Part shown: in pieces, positions 39,659 through 51,577 of the stretch
How the letters are laid out: each line of letters starts with the position of its first letter
Numbering within the stretch: the first letter of the stretch is position 1
Program-made: the position numbers and the translations under genes
The notes under the pieces: model-generated
What the model was told of the DNA's origin: nothing
Databases searched by the model: none
The model's input: only the letters and a program-made list of their open reading frames with translations
Assembly: GCA_003707115.1 (NCBI GenBank)
Contig: PPNB01000001.1
Coordinates: forward strand, 248,001 to 312,000
Length of the DNA stretch: 64,000 nt
Source: Tortispora ganteri
Taxonomy: Eukaryota
Direction of reading: 5' to 3'

Positions 39659-42600
39659 TCAAGCTTCGACCGTACTTTCTTCTAATAACACCTTAAACCT
39701 CTTCTTGTTGTTTTTAGGCCTCAGAATAGATCGAGTGGTTCGCTTATAAAGCTCTGCAGTGAATGGAAATATCCAACGTTCCCCTGCGTAAAGGATTAGC
39801 GATCCTGCTATTGTAACACAAAGAATAAATAGACAGTAATTTGTAGGCAACCTGACAATATTGAAAATGCTCACTATCCAGTCCGCTGGAATAAATAGTA
39901 TGTACGTTATCGCTAGCAGAGCGACGACGGTATTCACCAGATAGGGTATGTTGTACCAGATGCTCATTTGGTACGGAGGACCGCCACACAGGAAAAAAGA
40001 AATAATGATGTACTCAAAGCACGAAACTATGAACAGGATAGTATTATCAGTACTCCACACATCGTCATCACCAGACCCTGGACGCGGTGCAATTCTCCAA
40101 CTCTTATTTAAACACATAGCCCAAGCAAAAAATTGCAACATACCGCATATGAAAATTTCGCTTAATAGCGGTATCAGTACTTTCCTGGAAACAAGATTCG
40201 AAGTAGGTCGCTTCTTCGACAGTTTAGGGTACGGTTTGGACCATGCCATGAGTATCGCAACCGGAATAATGAGAAACAGATCGATAAACAGAAATTGAAA
40301 GTCACCTAAGTTGGTGCCTTCTGAATACAAAATTGTAACTGAAACAAACTGAATTGCAGAATACAGACTCATGTAACGAAAACACCCAAATGATGTCACA
40401 AGAGCTGATCTACCCTCCTTTATAATTTTAGGAATGCATGATACATCAAAAATCTGACTGGTGAATGGTGCTGCAACGCTTGCTTCTGCTTCGGAGAGTG
40501 AAACTCCAACGTCTGCAGATCTTAATGCACCACAATCATTAGCACCATCGCCACAGAATGCAACACAATAATCCAATTCTTGAAGCTTCACAACGAGCTC
40601 ATTCTTTTCATCAGGGGACATTCTAGCAAACACATTTGACTTCATCAATATGCAATTTAACTGCTCTTTGGTTCCAAATTCAATGATCCATCTAAATACA
40701 TCCCCAGAAACAGCAATACTATAGTTAGACACGAGATTCTTTAAATCATAATTCGTATCAGCAATATCACCAAAACGTGGAAGTAAAGTATCGGGATCCA
40801 AGGTCAGTTCAGCATTATCAACACATTCCCATTCTATACGGCTATTCATAATGTCCCTTTCGTCGTGAGCAAGGTGAGGAACATATACGAGCGTTTCCTG
40901 TGGCACTAATCCACATTCTTTCGAAACAGACACAGCTGTTAAGATGTTGTCACCAGTGCACATAACTTGGCGAATTTCAGCATCTCGTAGTTCGTGTATC
41001 ACAGAAGTGGTAGCAGGTTTCAGTTTATTCTCGAATATAATGAAGCCAATAAATTCCAACTCACTCTCAACTTCCTCACGACTTAGTTTCTGAGATCGGA
41101 ACCAGCTCATGTTAGTGTATTTTTTGGCAGCCACCCCAATAACACGAAACCCATTACGCGTATAATGGTGTAAAAGCTCATCATAGTCATTTGGAAATGA
41201 TTCTTTCGTGCAGATGTCAGGCATAATTTCTGGAGCGCCTTTCACAAAAACGAAGGCATTTTTAGCTTTATAAGGCTTTACAATAACACTCATTCGTCTT
41301 AATTTAGAGATAAAGTCAAATCGCCTTATGATAGCAATATCATGGTTGGTAATCTCCGATAAATCGTCGGGCGACAATAAGAAACGCGGCATATGAACGA
41401 CGGCTGGTATAAGTTTCTCAGATTCTGCCGGTTGGTCGATATCAACGTGATCATCAGCAGCATCGCTTCGTTCTGGATGCAAGAACTGTTGGCCTTCTTC
41501 TTCAAATATACAGTCGGTAAAAGAAAACATCTTAAAATCAAGTGGATCACCTACTAGTTCATCGTCAACTAATCGAAGAGAGTGACATGTTGACATAGCT
41601 AAGAACATTAATGTAGAGTATACATTATAGTCCTTATTCAATTCGCTTGAGCGCAAACAGTCTGCTCTGAAAGATATATCATTAACATTAGCGATCAAAT
41701 CATTAAAGCTTGCCTTTTGTGTGTCAGTAACATGAAGACCAAGAATATCTAGGCCTTCTTCAGTTAAAGTACCAGTTTTGTCAAAACACACTATATTCAG
41801 TTTTCCACAAACATTGATCTTGCTAGGGCTAATGCAGAAAATCTTTGCCTTGCGCAGCTGGGAAAGTGCAATATTTGAGCCAATAGATAGCGTTGCAGGA
41901 AGAGCAGGAGGAACAACGATAGTAATGAGGTCAAAAGCACGTAAGAGCATGAGTGATACAGGTAGGTTCATCTTGACAAACTGAATTAGTGAGTAGATAA
42001 ATCCAAGAACAGCAATTATAGCCATAACTCCGATGTATTTGAAAGAGTCATAATAAAATTTGAATTTCAAAGGCCGAGGGAAAAGCATAGATCGAACGAG
42101 AGAGCCCTTTGTTGTATTAAAACCGATACGAGTTACCAGTGCAATAGCAATTGCGTCAGGATTTTCAGAGGTCGGGATAGGCCTCTGAACGCGAACGATC
42201 TTAGTACCAGAAAATAACATGTGTTTCGATACTTCTGAGGAGATTTGATTGCGTGAAAAATACTCTTTCATTCCTTCTGTATCCACTGGATATTTAGAGA
42301 TCGGTACTGATTCACCAGTAAGCATGCTCTCATTCACTATAACTTCTCCAGAAAGAAGAATCACATCGCAAGGAAGAACATTAAGATCCGGATCCGAGAC
42401 TTCAATGACATCACCGGGAACCAATCTATCAGAATGAGACTTCATCCAAAAACCATTATGCAAAACCCTGACACTACAGATGAATCTAGAAACTTCCCGC
42501 AGCCTTTTGATAGTTCTTTTGGTTTCAACAAGGGTATCGCCTATGCTAACTGCTGAGATAAGAAAAATACATGCTGCATAGTAGTAATATTCATCCAAGA

Positions 42601-43684
42601 GCCAGAGAATAATAGAAAAGACCTGAAAGACATAAAAAGGATGTAAAACTTCACCGATTAGAAGTTGCATAACAGATTTTTCTTCAATATCTATCACATT
42701 TGAGCCAAATACAACCTGTCTAGACTTTTGGATGGTGCTGTCAATGCCTGAACGTGCTTCCCACAAATCCTGCCATACATGATCCTTCCAATGAACATTA
42801 ACTAAAAACATGTCTTCAAGAGGATTGTAAAAAAACAGAGTATATCGGTATGAAAATGATCTTAACTCTTGCAGGACAGGATCAAGGAAGTCAGAGTTGT
42901 TATCCAAGTTCTCGGACGGTAGGTTGAAAACAGATGATAATCGAAACCCATAATCTAATGTGCTAACATCTGTCACCGTCATTTCACCCCATTGGTTTTC
43001 TATAACTACCCATTGACAAGAATTGAGTGGTGCGGACCGTCCCACGAATCTTATCCAATACCTGGGGAACCATCTAAAGAAAAGGAAGGCCAATCCCAAC
43101 GTAGCAATGCAGGTACAATAGTAGGTAATCAAAAAAGACCATTGCGTATTGTACCCAGCTATTACAATCATTACATCTTCTTCTTCAAGATAGAACTTCT
43201 GATATGTCAAAGGTTCTTTTTCTGAATGATATCTAGGCCTGGTGTGCGAGTCCAATAAAGGTTCATCTATGTGATCGTCACTGTCGATCCACGTGTGTAG
43301 GTCATCGTTATTGTGTGAATCGTGAACTATGATTTCACTATCTTGCGTATACCTGCGCCTGCTGAAACGTCTGGCATGATATCTTTCAGGGGAAAAATCA
43401 GACTCCATGTCAGAATAGTAATCAGACGCTAGCTCATTGTCATACTCTGACCCAATAGGGGCGTCTTCCAGCTCATCGCGAGTGAAGAACTGAAACCGTT
43501 CTTCATTTACTGACTCGCTAGTACTGTATCTGTGGTGAAATGCCGATATGGAAGAAGGTATAGATTCGGATATCGGACCTGAGTATATCTCATGATTGTC
43601 TTCGACAGCTGATCCATACTCGCTACCAGAGTAGGATCGCTCAGACGATTCACGCCACGTTCTGCCTCCACTGCGGTAACTCAT
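39659..43684 (-). CDS. YPK9: P5B-type ATPase Ypk9/ATP13A2
   Basis: TGES, PPALP, DKTGTLT, KGAPE, TGDN and GDGANDC. Confidence 0.95.
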   Translation of the reverse strand: MSYRSGGRTWRESSERSYSGSEYGSAVEDNHEIYSGPISESIPSSISAFHHRYSTSESVNEERFQFFTRDELEDAPIGSEYDNELASDYYSDMESDFSPERYHARRFSRRRYTQDSEIIVHDSHNNDDLHTWIDSDDHIDEPLLDSHTRPRYHSEKEPLTYQKFYLEEEDVMIVIAGYNTQWSFLITYYCTCIATLGLAFLFFRWFPRYWIRFVGRSAPLNSCQWVVIENQWGEMTVTDVSTLDYGFRLSSVFNLPSENLDNNSDFLDPVLQELRSFSYRYTLFFYNPLEDMFLVNVHWKDHVWQDLWEARSGIDSTIQKSRQVVFGSNVIDIEEKSVMQLLIGEVLHPFYVFQVFSIILWLLDEYYYYAACIFLISAVSIGDTLVETKRTIKRLREVSRFICSVRVLHNGFWMKSHSDRLVPGDVIEVSDPDLNVLPCDVILLSGEVIVNESMLTGESVPISKYPVDTEGMKEYFSRNQISSEVSKHMLFSGTKIVRVQRPIPTSENPDAIAIALVTRIGFNTTKGSLVRSMLFPRPLKFKFYYDSFKYIGVMAIIAVLGFIYSLIQFVKMNLPVSLMLLRAFDLITIVVPPALPATLSIGSNIALSQLRKAKIFCISPSKINVCGKLNIVCFDKTGTLTEEGLDILGLHVTDTQKASFNDLIANVNDISFRADCLRSSELNKDYNVYSTLMFLAMSTCHSLRLVDDELVGDPLDFKMFSFTDCIFEEEGQQFLHPERSDAADDHVDIDQPAESEKLIPAVVHMPRFLLSPDDLSEITNHDIAIIRRFDFISKLRRMSVIVKPYKAKNAFVFVKGAPEIMPDICTKESFPNDYDELLHHYTRNGFRVIGVAAKKYTNMSWFRSQKLSREEVESELEFIGFIIFENKLKPATTSVIHELRDAEIRQVMCTGDNILTAVSVSKECGLVPQETLVYVPHLAHDERDIMNSRIEWECVDNAELTLDPDTLLPRFGDIADTNYDLKNLVSNYSIAVSGDVFRWIIEFGTKEQLNCILMKSNVFARMSPDEKNELVVKLQELDYCVAFCGDGANDCGALRSADVGVSLSEAEASVAAPFTSQIFDVSCIPKIIKEGRSALVTSFGCFRYMSLYSAIQFVSVTILYSEGTNLGDFQFLFIDLFLIIPVAILMAWSKPYPKLSKKRPTSNLVSRKVLIPLLSEIFICGMLQFFAWAMCLNKSWRIAPRPGSGDDDVWSTDNTILFIVSCFEYIIISFFLCGGPPYQMSIWYNIPYLVNTVVALLAITYILFIPADWIVSIFNIVRLPTNYCLFILCVTIAGSLILYAGERWIFPFTAELYKRTTRSILRPKNNKKRFKVLLEESTVEA

Positions 43685-44208
43685 ATATTAGCCACTTAGG
43701 AGCAAAATTTACAAATCAAAATTAGCTAATTTAGACCCAGTTAATCAGAGGGATGCGGTAGAGATACTAGTGTTGATTCAAAAGTATTTCTCCGTTCATA
43801 GATTCTACGGGGCACCTTCCTACTCGGTATTCCACCAAAGATTATGAGTTTAAAAAATAAGAGTTTCTATGACAACACTATCTGCCTTTAGTTTTTCCCG
43901 CTACCTGCGCCTTCTCCTCAAACTTCTTTTCTCCCACACCACCCTTCCACAACAACTAACTATACACCCTTCCCGGTCAGAGATTCTGTTGTTTTTAGCT
44001 TTATTTTTTGCGCGTAATTTGGACGAATATCCAGAACTCCAAGTCAATTTGGGATCCATATAATATATTGACTAGTTTTGTGTCTGTAATTTACGTGGAT
44101 TGGCGATTATAGAGCGTATATATCGACACTATCGTTTGTTTAATTTCATCCACAGTAAAAGGCTAGCTTCAATAACCCTAAGCGCTCGCATAAGGAAGTA
44201 TCGCATTC

Positions 44209-47200
44209 ATGAACGCTAACAGTTCAGGATCGAATCAGATGAACGTGACTAATGTGCCCTACCCTGTCTCCAAAGATGACATGGGTCAAATTGTTGCCAG
44301 ATTTAAACATCTGAAAAGTCAAGGGGCTACTTTGGCCGACCCAGAATTCGCTCAACTAGCTAGAATACTCGGAGAAGTTACTAGACAGACTAATAATGCC
44401 AGAATGAGACGTGCAAATGCTAAAAACCAAATTAACCTTGGTGGTGGTGGTGATGCTGCTGCTGCTGCTGCTCCTCCTCCAGTACCGAATGCTGAACCTC
44501 CAGTTGCAGGTCCCGGTTTAGCGGTCACGCAACTCTTATCGAAGGATGAATTAATCTTATTCCGCCGTCAAATTGCTTCTTTTAGATTGTTTTCGCGAAA
44601 TATGAAACTTCCTGACCAGGTTAGGAATGTACTCACTGCTGCCACTACCCCGCCCGCTTCACCTCCCGATACATCTATCAATCACGCCCCAGCCAATGAT
44701 CAGCAGAGAGGCCCTGTTAACCAGAAAGTTCAGTCACTGCATGGTCGTGGAGCTGTGGATGTTGGTTTATCACACAATATAGCGGCAGTTGCATCATCTA
44801 CTGGTGCTATCGCACCCGCGCTCAGTGCACCGGCTGACAAGATCTCTTTCAAGACGGCCAAAGATCCTTATGAGCCATTCTCTGCGCCTATAACTTATGA
44901 GAATTATGCTGAACGGGTTAATAAATCGATGATACCGTCTGTAATGCCGGTGGGAGTTGATATAAATGAACTAAAGGAACGTCGTAATCGTGCTATTGAG
45001 TCCCGAATTGAGTATCGTCTTCAGGAATTAAGCAGCACCCCTACAAATATTGGAACGCTAGATGCTTCGGAAGTTTCTCCTGATGTGCTTGATGCAGATA
45101 ATAATCAACTTAAAATCCGTGCCCTTATTGAATACAAATGCTTGAAACTTCGCCACAAGCAAAAAGCTCTTCGTCAAGATGCTTCTTTGGCATTCTCGCA
45201 TCTCAACTCTTTTGCTCTCACTGGGAACAGGGTCAATTTTAGAAGAATGAAAAAATTATCTCTGGTCGAATCTCGTCTTGCTGAAGACCTTGAGAAACAA
45301 CTTCGAATTGAACGTGAGCGAAAAGAAACTCAGAAGCAAATGGAGTATCTACAATCTATTTGCAGCCATAGCATCGATATCTATGCCCAAGGACGTGATA
45401 AGAAAACCAGATTTTTGCGGCTCGGAAAAGGTGTTAATAGCTATCATTATCATACTGAACGTGAAGAACAACGTCGTCTGGAGCGAACCGCCAAACAACG
45501 TCTTCAGGCCCTGCGAGCCAATGATGAGGAGACTTATCTTAAATTGCTTAGTCAAGCTAAAGACTCTCGAATCACACATATTCTTCAACAGACGAACATC
45601 TTTTTGGAATCATTATCGCAAGCTGTTAAAGAGCAACAAGCCGATGCAAGAGAACTAGATGCTGAACCTATCGACTCCAATGAAAACGAAGAGGATAGCA
45701 AACTTGATTACTATGCTATCGCGCATAAAATCAAAGAAGAAGTGACCAAGCAACCCTCTATTCTTGTTGGTGGAACTCTGAAAGAGTATCAAATCAGGGG
45801 TCTGCAATGGATGGTTTCGTTATATAACAATAATTTGAACGGTATATTAGCTGATGAGATGGGTTTGGGTAAGACTATTCAAACAATATCGCTTATCACA
45901 TATTTGATTGAAGAGAAGAAGCAGCAGGGACCATATTTGGTTATTGTACCCTTGTCTACTATCACCAACTGGACGCTAGAATTTGAGAAATGGGCTCCTA
46001 GTGTCAAGAAAGTGGTCTACAAAGGTCCTCCGATGGCTAGAAAAGCCCAACAAGGTATCATTCGTTCTGGAGATTTTCAAGTTTGCTTGACTACTTATGA
46101 ATATATCATCAAAGACAGACCGATTATGTCTAAACCTAAATGGATCTACATGATCATTGATGAAGGTCATCGTTTGAAGAACACTGAGTCTAAGCTAAGC
46201 AGTACCTTGAGTCAGTATTATCATGCTAAGCACCGACTTATTTTAACGGGAACTCCGCTTCAGAATAACTTACCGGAGTTGTGGGCGTTGCTCAACTTTG
46301 TATTGCCGAAAATTTTCAATTCTGCTAAATCATTTGACGAATGGTTTAATACACCGTTTGCTAATACTGGCGGCGGAGATCAGATGACGCTAGCGGAAGA
46401 AGAGGCTTTGCTTATTATTCGTCGCTTGCATCAGGTCCTGAGACCGTTTTTGCTCAGAAGATTAAAGAAAGACGTTGAGAAAGATCTCCCCGATAAGGTG
46501 GAACGTGTTGTTAAGTGCAAAATGTCTGCTATTCAAAGCAAGATGTATCAACTTATACTTAAATATAACATTTTATTTGTCGGCGATTCCGGCGCTCCTG
46601 GAACTCGTGCGTCAGGTCTGAAGGGATTAAAGAATCAAATCATGCAACTTCGTAAGATTTGCAATCATCCGTTCGTTTTTGAAGAAGTGGAGAACATGGT
46701 GAATCCATCTAGAATAACCAATGACTATTTATGGAGGGTTGCTGGAAAGTTTGAATTGTTAGATCGCATTCTCCCTAAATTTAAGGCTACAGGACACAGA
46801 GTGCTGATGTTTTTCCAAATGACCCAAGTTATGGATATCATGGAAGATTTCATGCGCTTACGCGGTTGGCAGTTTTTGCGTCTCGATGGAGGTACGAAAG
46901 CGGAAGACCGTTCCTCTTTGCTTAAATTGTTTAATGAGCCCAACTCTCCTTATTTCTGTTTCCTTTTAAGTACACGTGCTGGTGGATTAGGCCTGAATCT
47001 TCAGACTGCCGATACTGTTATTATTTACGATACGGATTGGAATCCCCATCAGGATTTACAAGCTCAAGATCGTGCCCACCGTATTGGACAAACCAAGGAA
47101 GTCAGAGTTTTCCGCCTTATCACTGAAGATTCCGTTGAAGAAATGATTTTGGATCGTGCTCACCAGAAGCTGAATATAGATGGAAAAGTTATCCAGGCCG

Positions 47201-48237
47201 GTAAATTTGATAACAAGTCTACTTCTGAGGAGCAGGAAGCTTTTCTAAGATCTCTTATTGCTGCAGACGAACGAAGAGGACAAGATGACGAAGATGATGA
47301 AGATTTAGATGATGAGGAACTTAACGAACTGCTAGCTCGTTCGGAGGAGGAGAAGCGTATTTTTGAATATGTTGATGATGAGAGACATGCTTCATCTAAA
47401 TATGGAAAAGGTCATCCCCATGATCGACTTTTTGGTGAAGATGAGCTGCCAGAAGCTTATAAGAGAGATGTCACTGAAGCATTTGCTGAAGTTGAAGAAG
47501 TCACTGGAAGAGGAGCTCGAGAGCGTAAGGTTATGCATTATGATGATGGTCTCACAGAAGAACAATGGCTTGAGGCTATTGATAACGACGATGATACCAT
47601 TGAAGATGCGATTGCCCGAAAACAGCAGAGAAAACAGCGCCGAATGGCAAATAAAGAACGTCGAGATAGAGAATCGGAAACACCTAATCGAATGGATGAT
47701 GATGACTCTCAAAATTCTGATGGATCGGAATCTATAACAAAGAGAAAGCGCACTCCGAACGTTTCTCTTGAACCGGCCGTCAAGAAGCGACGTGGTAGGC
47801 CTGCAAAGACCAATATATCTGTGACAGAAACACTTTCACCTGGAGCACGCGAAACTCTTACTAAACTTTCGTCAGAAATTGTCGAATCTTTGAAGACTAT
47901 GGAGGAAGAAGATACAGGACGACAATATGCCTACTTATTCCTCACATTGCCCAATAAGAGACAATACCCAGACTATTATGCGTTAATTAAAAATCCCATT
48001 GCATTGGATACTATTGAAAATCGCATATCCGCTAGATTCTATCAAGACATTGATACTTTCAAGAGCGATTTGCAACTTATGTTTAACAATGCTCGTACCT
48101 ACAACGAGGAAGGGTCTATGGTGTATGAAGACGCCAATGTTATGGAAGCTCATGCGAATGAACTCTGTCACAAAGCCGAGGAAGAATTCAGTAAAGCTAT
48201 TCAGAATTCTTTTGCTAATGAGGAAAGTGAAGATTAG
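44209..48237 (+). CDS. STH1: SWI/SNF-family chromatin remodeller ATPase (Sth1/Snf21-like)
   Basis: QLQ-like and HSA regions, DEMGLGKT, DEGH, QAQDRAHRIGQ, AT-hook (RRGRP) and C-terminal bromodomain. Sth1 versus Snf2 assignment is tentative. Confidence 0.85.
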   Translation: MNANSSGSNQMNVTNVPYPVSKDDMGQIVARFKHLKSQGATLADPEFAQLARILGEVTRQTNNARMRRANAKNQINLGGGGDAAAAAAPPPVPNAEPPVAGPGLAVTQLLSKDELILFRRQIASFRLFSRNMKLPDQVRNVLTAATTPPASPPDTSINHAPANDQQRGPVNQKVQSLHGRGAVDVGLSHNIAAVASSTGAIAPALSAPADKISFKTAKDPYEPFSAPITYENYAERVNKSMIPSVMPVGVDINELKERRNRAIESRIEYRLQELSSTPTNIGTLDASEVSPDVLDADNNQLKIRALIEYKCLKLRHKQKALRQDASLAFSHLNSFALTGNRVNFRRMKKLSLVESRLAEDLEKQLRIERERKETQKQMEYLQSICSHSIDIYAQGRDKKTRFLRLGKGVNSYHYHTEREEQRRLERTAKQRLQALRANDEETYLKLLSQAKDSRITHILQQTNIFLESLSQAVKEQQADARELDAEPIDSNENEEDSKLDYYAIAHKIKEEVTKQPSILVGGTLKEYQIRGLQWMVSLYNNNLNGILADEMGLGKTIQTISLITYLIEEKKQQGPYLVIVPLSTITNWTLEFEKWAPSVKKVVYKGPPMARKAQQGIIRSGDFQVCLTTYEYIIKDRPIMSKPKWIYMIIDEGHRLKNTESKLSSTLSQYYHAKHRLILTGTPLQNNLPELWALLNFVLPKIFNSAKSFDEWFNTPFANTGGGDQMTLAEEEALLIIRRLHQVLRPFLLRRLKKDVEKDLPDKVERVVKCKMSAIQSKMYQLILKYNILFVGDSGAPGTRASGLKGLKNQIMQLRKICNHPFVFEEVENMVNPSRITNDYLWRVAGKFELLDRILPKFKATGHRVLMFFQMTQVMDIMEDFMRLRGWQFLRLDGGTKAEDRSSLLKLFNEPNSPYFCFLLSTRAGGLGLNLQTADTVIIYDTDWNPHQDLQAQDRAHRIGQTKEVRVFRLITEDSVEEMILDRAHQKLNIDGKVIQAGKFDNKSTSEEQEAFLRSLIAADERRGQDDEDDEDLDDEELNELLARSEEEKRIFEYVDDERHASSKYGKGHPHDRLFGEDELPEAYKRDVTEAFAEVEEVTGRGARERKVMHYDDGLTEEQWLEAIDNDDDTIEDAIARKQQRKQRRMANKERRDRESETPNRMDDDDSQNSDGSESITKRKRTPNVSLEPAVKKRRGRPAKTNISVTETLSPGARETLTKLSSEIVESLKTMEEEDTGRQYAYLFLTLPNKRQYPDYYALIKNPIALDTIENRISARFYQDIDTFKSDLQLMFNNARTYNEEGSMVYEDANVMEAHANELCHKAEEEFSKAIQNSFANEESED

Positions 48238-48434
48238 GTATGTTTGACGCATTGATATTTGCGAGCCGAATCAGTTTATGTTGCACTTACAATTAAGATA
48301 AAAAAGAAAGAAATCAGATCAGAATACTCTTATATACCAGACTACATATTAGACGCGATATATTTCTTATTGTAGATCCATTCCAGACAATTGCTCGATA
48401 TAAAGCAATATATAGACTAGTTTCCCTAGTAATT

Positions 48435-50876
48435 TTAAATATTTAGGTCTAAAAAGCTGCTCTCACCAATTCGAGCAGTATCGATCACCACTTCATCGAC
48501 GTTCTCTTCGACAGCTCGCAGCCATTCCTTATCTGAATGCAATGGCCAACCTTCGTTGACAATTTGACTAGTTATCTCTTTAGATGCTAAGACAGAAAAG
48601 TCCTCATCGTTCATGACTGCTCGCGTTGGATTCTTATCGCTTTCTGCGCCTTGATCGAACACCGAGTTAAATATTTCATTGGGAGAGGTCTGCTTGCCTA
48701 AATGTGAAGGGAAATCTTTCATCATATTGTGGTCGATATGACCGTCTGAGCTCTGCCGAAGGCGTTCTACTTCAGATTGTGAGTTTTTTGAGAACGTGGA
48801 AGTCATCGGATTATGTTTTAGAGGAATATTTGAATACTCAGTAGTCATATGTCCGCTAGCAAAACCACGGGAGTAGTTGGAGCTGGCGTCCGAGCCGGTC
48901 TGAAACACGGAAGAGCTGTCAGTTTCAGTATGAACATGCGTGTTATCAACTGGAGATTGGTTATTCTTTCGCCCGTGCGCGTTTCGCAAAGGAATATACT
49001 GAACTATTTGCTCATCGTTGTGCCTGCGTAAACCTCGAGAATCTTGGAAAGATCCATAACTAATTTGAGTGTCTGGAGAAATAGGGGAATCCAGAGAATT
49101 ATCACCTGTTTTACCAACAGATTCACCACGCCGAGCAAGTTTCTCTGAATAGCGTTCCTTAAGAGTTGAGCACCATATCACAGCAATATCCCAGTGTTCG
49201 CGCAATAATACAAGGAACCTCAAATTAGCAGCTAAATGTTGTTTAGCAATTTGAGACACCTCTACATCAGAAGAAAAGCTATTCGCTATGTGAACATGGG
49301 CTGAAGTGAATGCACAAAATCCCAGAAACGGCGCTGGCAAAACATCTGATACTTGAAGAGCATCTTGTAATATGGTCGAAATAGAGCAAGCCGCAGCGGT
49401 TAACTTATTAGCTGATCGTTCAATAAATGAAATAGGAGGTATATCAAATTTTGAGGAAGCATGATCATATGGGTATATGCAGCGGTGTAGTGCAAAAGAT
49501 GAAGTTTGAATAATGATATGCAAGTGTGCAAACATACCGGACATTCCTTTTGCAGCCGAAGCATCAAGGTTGCGTTTACTGTATGTCAGTTCCGGCGGAA
49601 GTTCAGCATAGAAAGTACTAACTTCTTTTTCTAATTTATGGAAATTTGAAAATTCAGACCAGGCTGAAAAATCCTCTCTTTTTCTTCCATCATTAATATA
49701 CAGAACAACACGACCCCATATAAGAGTCGACTTTAGGTGATACGCCACAATATCTGGTTTTACTTTTGGTAGCTTCGGATCAGCATCGGGGTCATATGAG
49801 CCATCAAGATGTGGTAAGACAACGGGAATGCCATAGTTAAAGTCATGGCTACTACACGGAAGCTGCACCATGCAGTCATCCTCGTCAAGGAGAAAAGTAC
49901 GCGTAGGACCTGAATGAACCAAGCGATCCATAGTCATAGCACTCCACCAAAGTCTTCGTCGAGTCTCTCGATCTATAAACGACATGTTAGGATCTGTAGA
50001 TTCTTTGTTGAGACCCAATACAATGCACATGCGCATAATAATAGCAGTAATTATTGCAGCTTTCTCTCCATTCAGTGACAAGAAATCATGAATAATAACA
50101 ATGATCAGAGCCTGACAAGTCTCTATTGATGGTTGATCGTATTCATTTGCCAAAAGTTTCCGACATTCAACCATGAATTTATCACCTGCAAAGTGACGCG
50201 GAGTAACTTCCACATCAGGATGATTAGAGAATCGAGCAGATATCGCACACACTGCAAACAGGAGGCTCGGTCTCACTTTTCCCTCCCTAAGTTTTGTGAT
50301 GAATGTATTTTTGTGGAGAAAGAAATACTCTTGATTATGGATATGAATGAAAAAAAGCTCGACTAAATGTTCAAGTATGTGGGGTTCAGGAGCGTCGATT
50401 TCGACGCCAAACTTTAAGGGATAGCCGGAGCCTTTTCGTCTACTCACCAATTCTGCGTTTGATGGGCCATTCCACGATTTTTGAGCAGCAGCAGCAGCCG
50501 CATTTCGCTGTCTAACTTTGTACATATTATCATTTGCGCTCGAACTGAGAGGGGAATCAGTGTCATCACGATCGCTTTTATCGTTCTCCATGTGCAGGAG
50601 TTCTTTGGCAGTGGATTTGTCGTCTAGATGTTTTTGCATGAGATCGAGGCGTTTTAACAACATCTCTCGATAACTGAAGCGAGCACCTCTGTTTTTAACA
50701 ATGGGATACTTGCAAGGAATGCTTAGTCGCAGGCAGTTTGTGCAAGCTGGACGGTCGCCTGAGCATTTAACTTTCTTTTTCCGACACGCATTACAAGCGA
50801 TCACAGGCCTTTTGGTAGGTCGATCCGTATTTGCGCTGTTAGCAGCGCGACGTTTTAACGTATTGTTTTGGTTCAT
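48435..50876 (-). CDS. Zn(II)2Cys6 fungal transcription factor
   Basis: ACNACRKKKVKCSGDRPACTNCLRLSIPC and middle homology region ETRRRLWWS. First ATG at 50876. Confidence 0.92.
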   Translation of the reverse strand: MNQNNTLKRRAANSANTDRPTKRPVIACNACRKKKVKCSGDRPACTNCLRLSIPCKYPIVKNRGARFSYREMLLKRLDLMQKHLDDKSTAKELLHMENDKSDRDDTDSPLSSSANDNMYKVRQRNAAAAAAQKSWNGPSNAELVSRRKGSGYPLKFGVEIDAPEPHILEHLVELFFIHIHNQEYFFLHKNTFITKLREGKVRPSLLFAVCAISARFSNHPDVEVTPRHFAGDKFMVECRKLLANEYDQPSIETCQALIIVIIHDFLSLNGEKAAIITAIIMRMCIVLGLNKESTDPNMSFIDRETRRRLWWSAMTMDRLVHSGPTRTFLLDEDDCMVQLPCSSHDFNYGIPVVLPHLDGSYDPDADPKLPKVKPDIVAYHLKSTLIWGRVVLYINDGRKREDFSAWSEFSNFHKLEKEVSTFYAELPPELTYSKRNLDASAAKGMSGMFAHLHIIIQTSSFALHRCIYPYDHASSKFDIPPISFIERSANKLTAAACSISTILQDALQVSDVLPAPFLGFCAFTSAHVHIANSFSSDVEVSQIAKQHLAANLRFLVLLREHWDIAVIWCSTLKERYSEKLARRGESVGKTGDNSLDSPISPDTQISYGSFQDSRGLRRHNDEQIVQYIPLRNAHGRKNNQSPVDNTHVHTETDSSSVFQTGSDASSNYSRGFASGHMTTEYSNIPLKHNPMTSTFSKNSQSEVERLRQSSDGHIDHNMMKDFPSHLGKQTSPNEIFNSVFDQGAESDKNPTRAVMNDEDFSVLASKEITSQIVNEGWPLHSDKEWLRAVEENVDEVVIDTARIGESSFLDLNI

Positions 50877-51577
50877 AAGAGATCGGTCGTTCGACCTGTA
50901 TATAGAGAGGCAAACAGTGAAGTTTTGCTTAGGCGTAAAAGCACGCAATGAAGCAGGTCAGATTATGAAAAGAAGTGGACTAATTGACGTAGAAGAAAAA
51001 ATTGCACTCGTGTGCGGTGAAGTAGCTCCGGAAGGTCCCTTCCTACAGGATAAATTGTGTCCGGTGGAGAAAAATCGATAGCAAGATGCGAAGGAATCAA
51101 TCAGATACCAAGTGTAACGGACTCTAGAAAACAGAAAAAGTATGGTCAATCTCAAAGCCGTAGTGTAGTTTTGATGCTACGGAATGACTTATTGTATAAA
51201 AATGGAGGGGTAGGAACACAAGAAAATACAGGGAATGCCTGCTTGGTCACTGGGAACAGGTAATTTGTCTAAAAAGGGGTTTACAAGATTGCCCCACACT
51301 CTAAAGCGGTGCACCATAAATATTAATAAATAACGTTTGTGATTGGTACAGAGAGTATTAAAGTTGTACATGCCGTACATTTTATTCCACCAATCACGAA
51401 TAGTATTCGAGAGATGCGAGACATGAGATTCTATTATATAAGGTGTTGTGATCTCGGGACAGCACTTGCCTCCATCCGCTAGACAATAGATTATTCAATT
51501 TGATCTGATTTTATCCAATTTTCACTCTTTATATTTTGCATTACCGGTGTATTTTAGAATCAGTTTTAGAATTCAAT

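Noticed and set aside
48238..48243. GTATGT donor-like hexamer immediately after the STH1 stop
   Set aside because: No CTAAC branch point before the convergent gene, so a 3'UTR intron is unsupported.
51158..51399. Small hairpin (51158-51182) and inverted GTGATTGGT/ACCAATCAC pair
   Set aside because: Explained by two opposed CCAAT boxes and a short chance stem.
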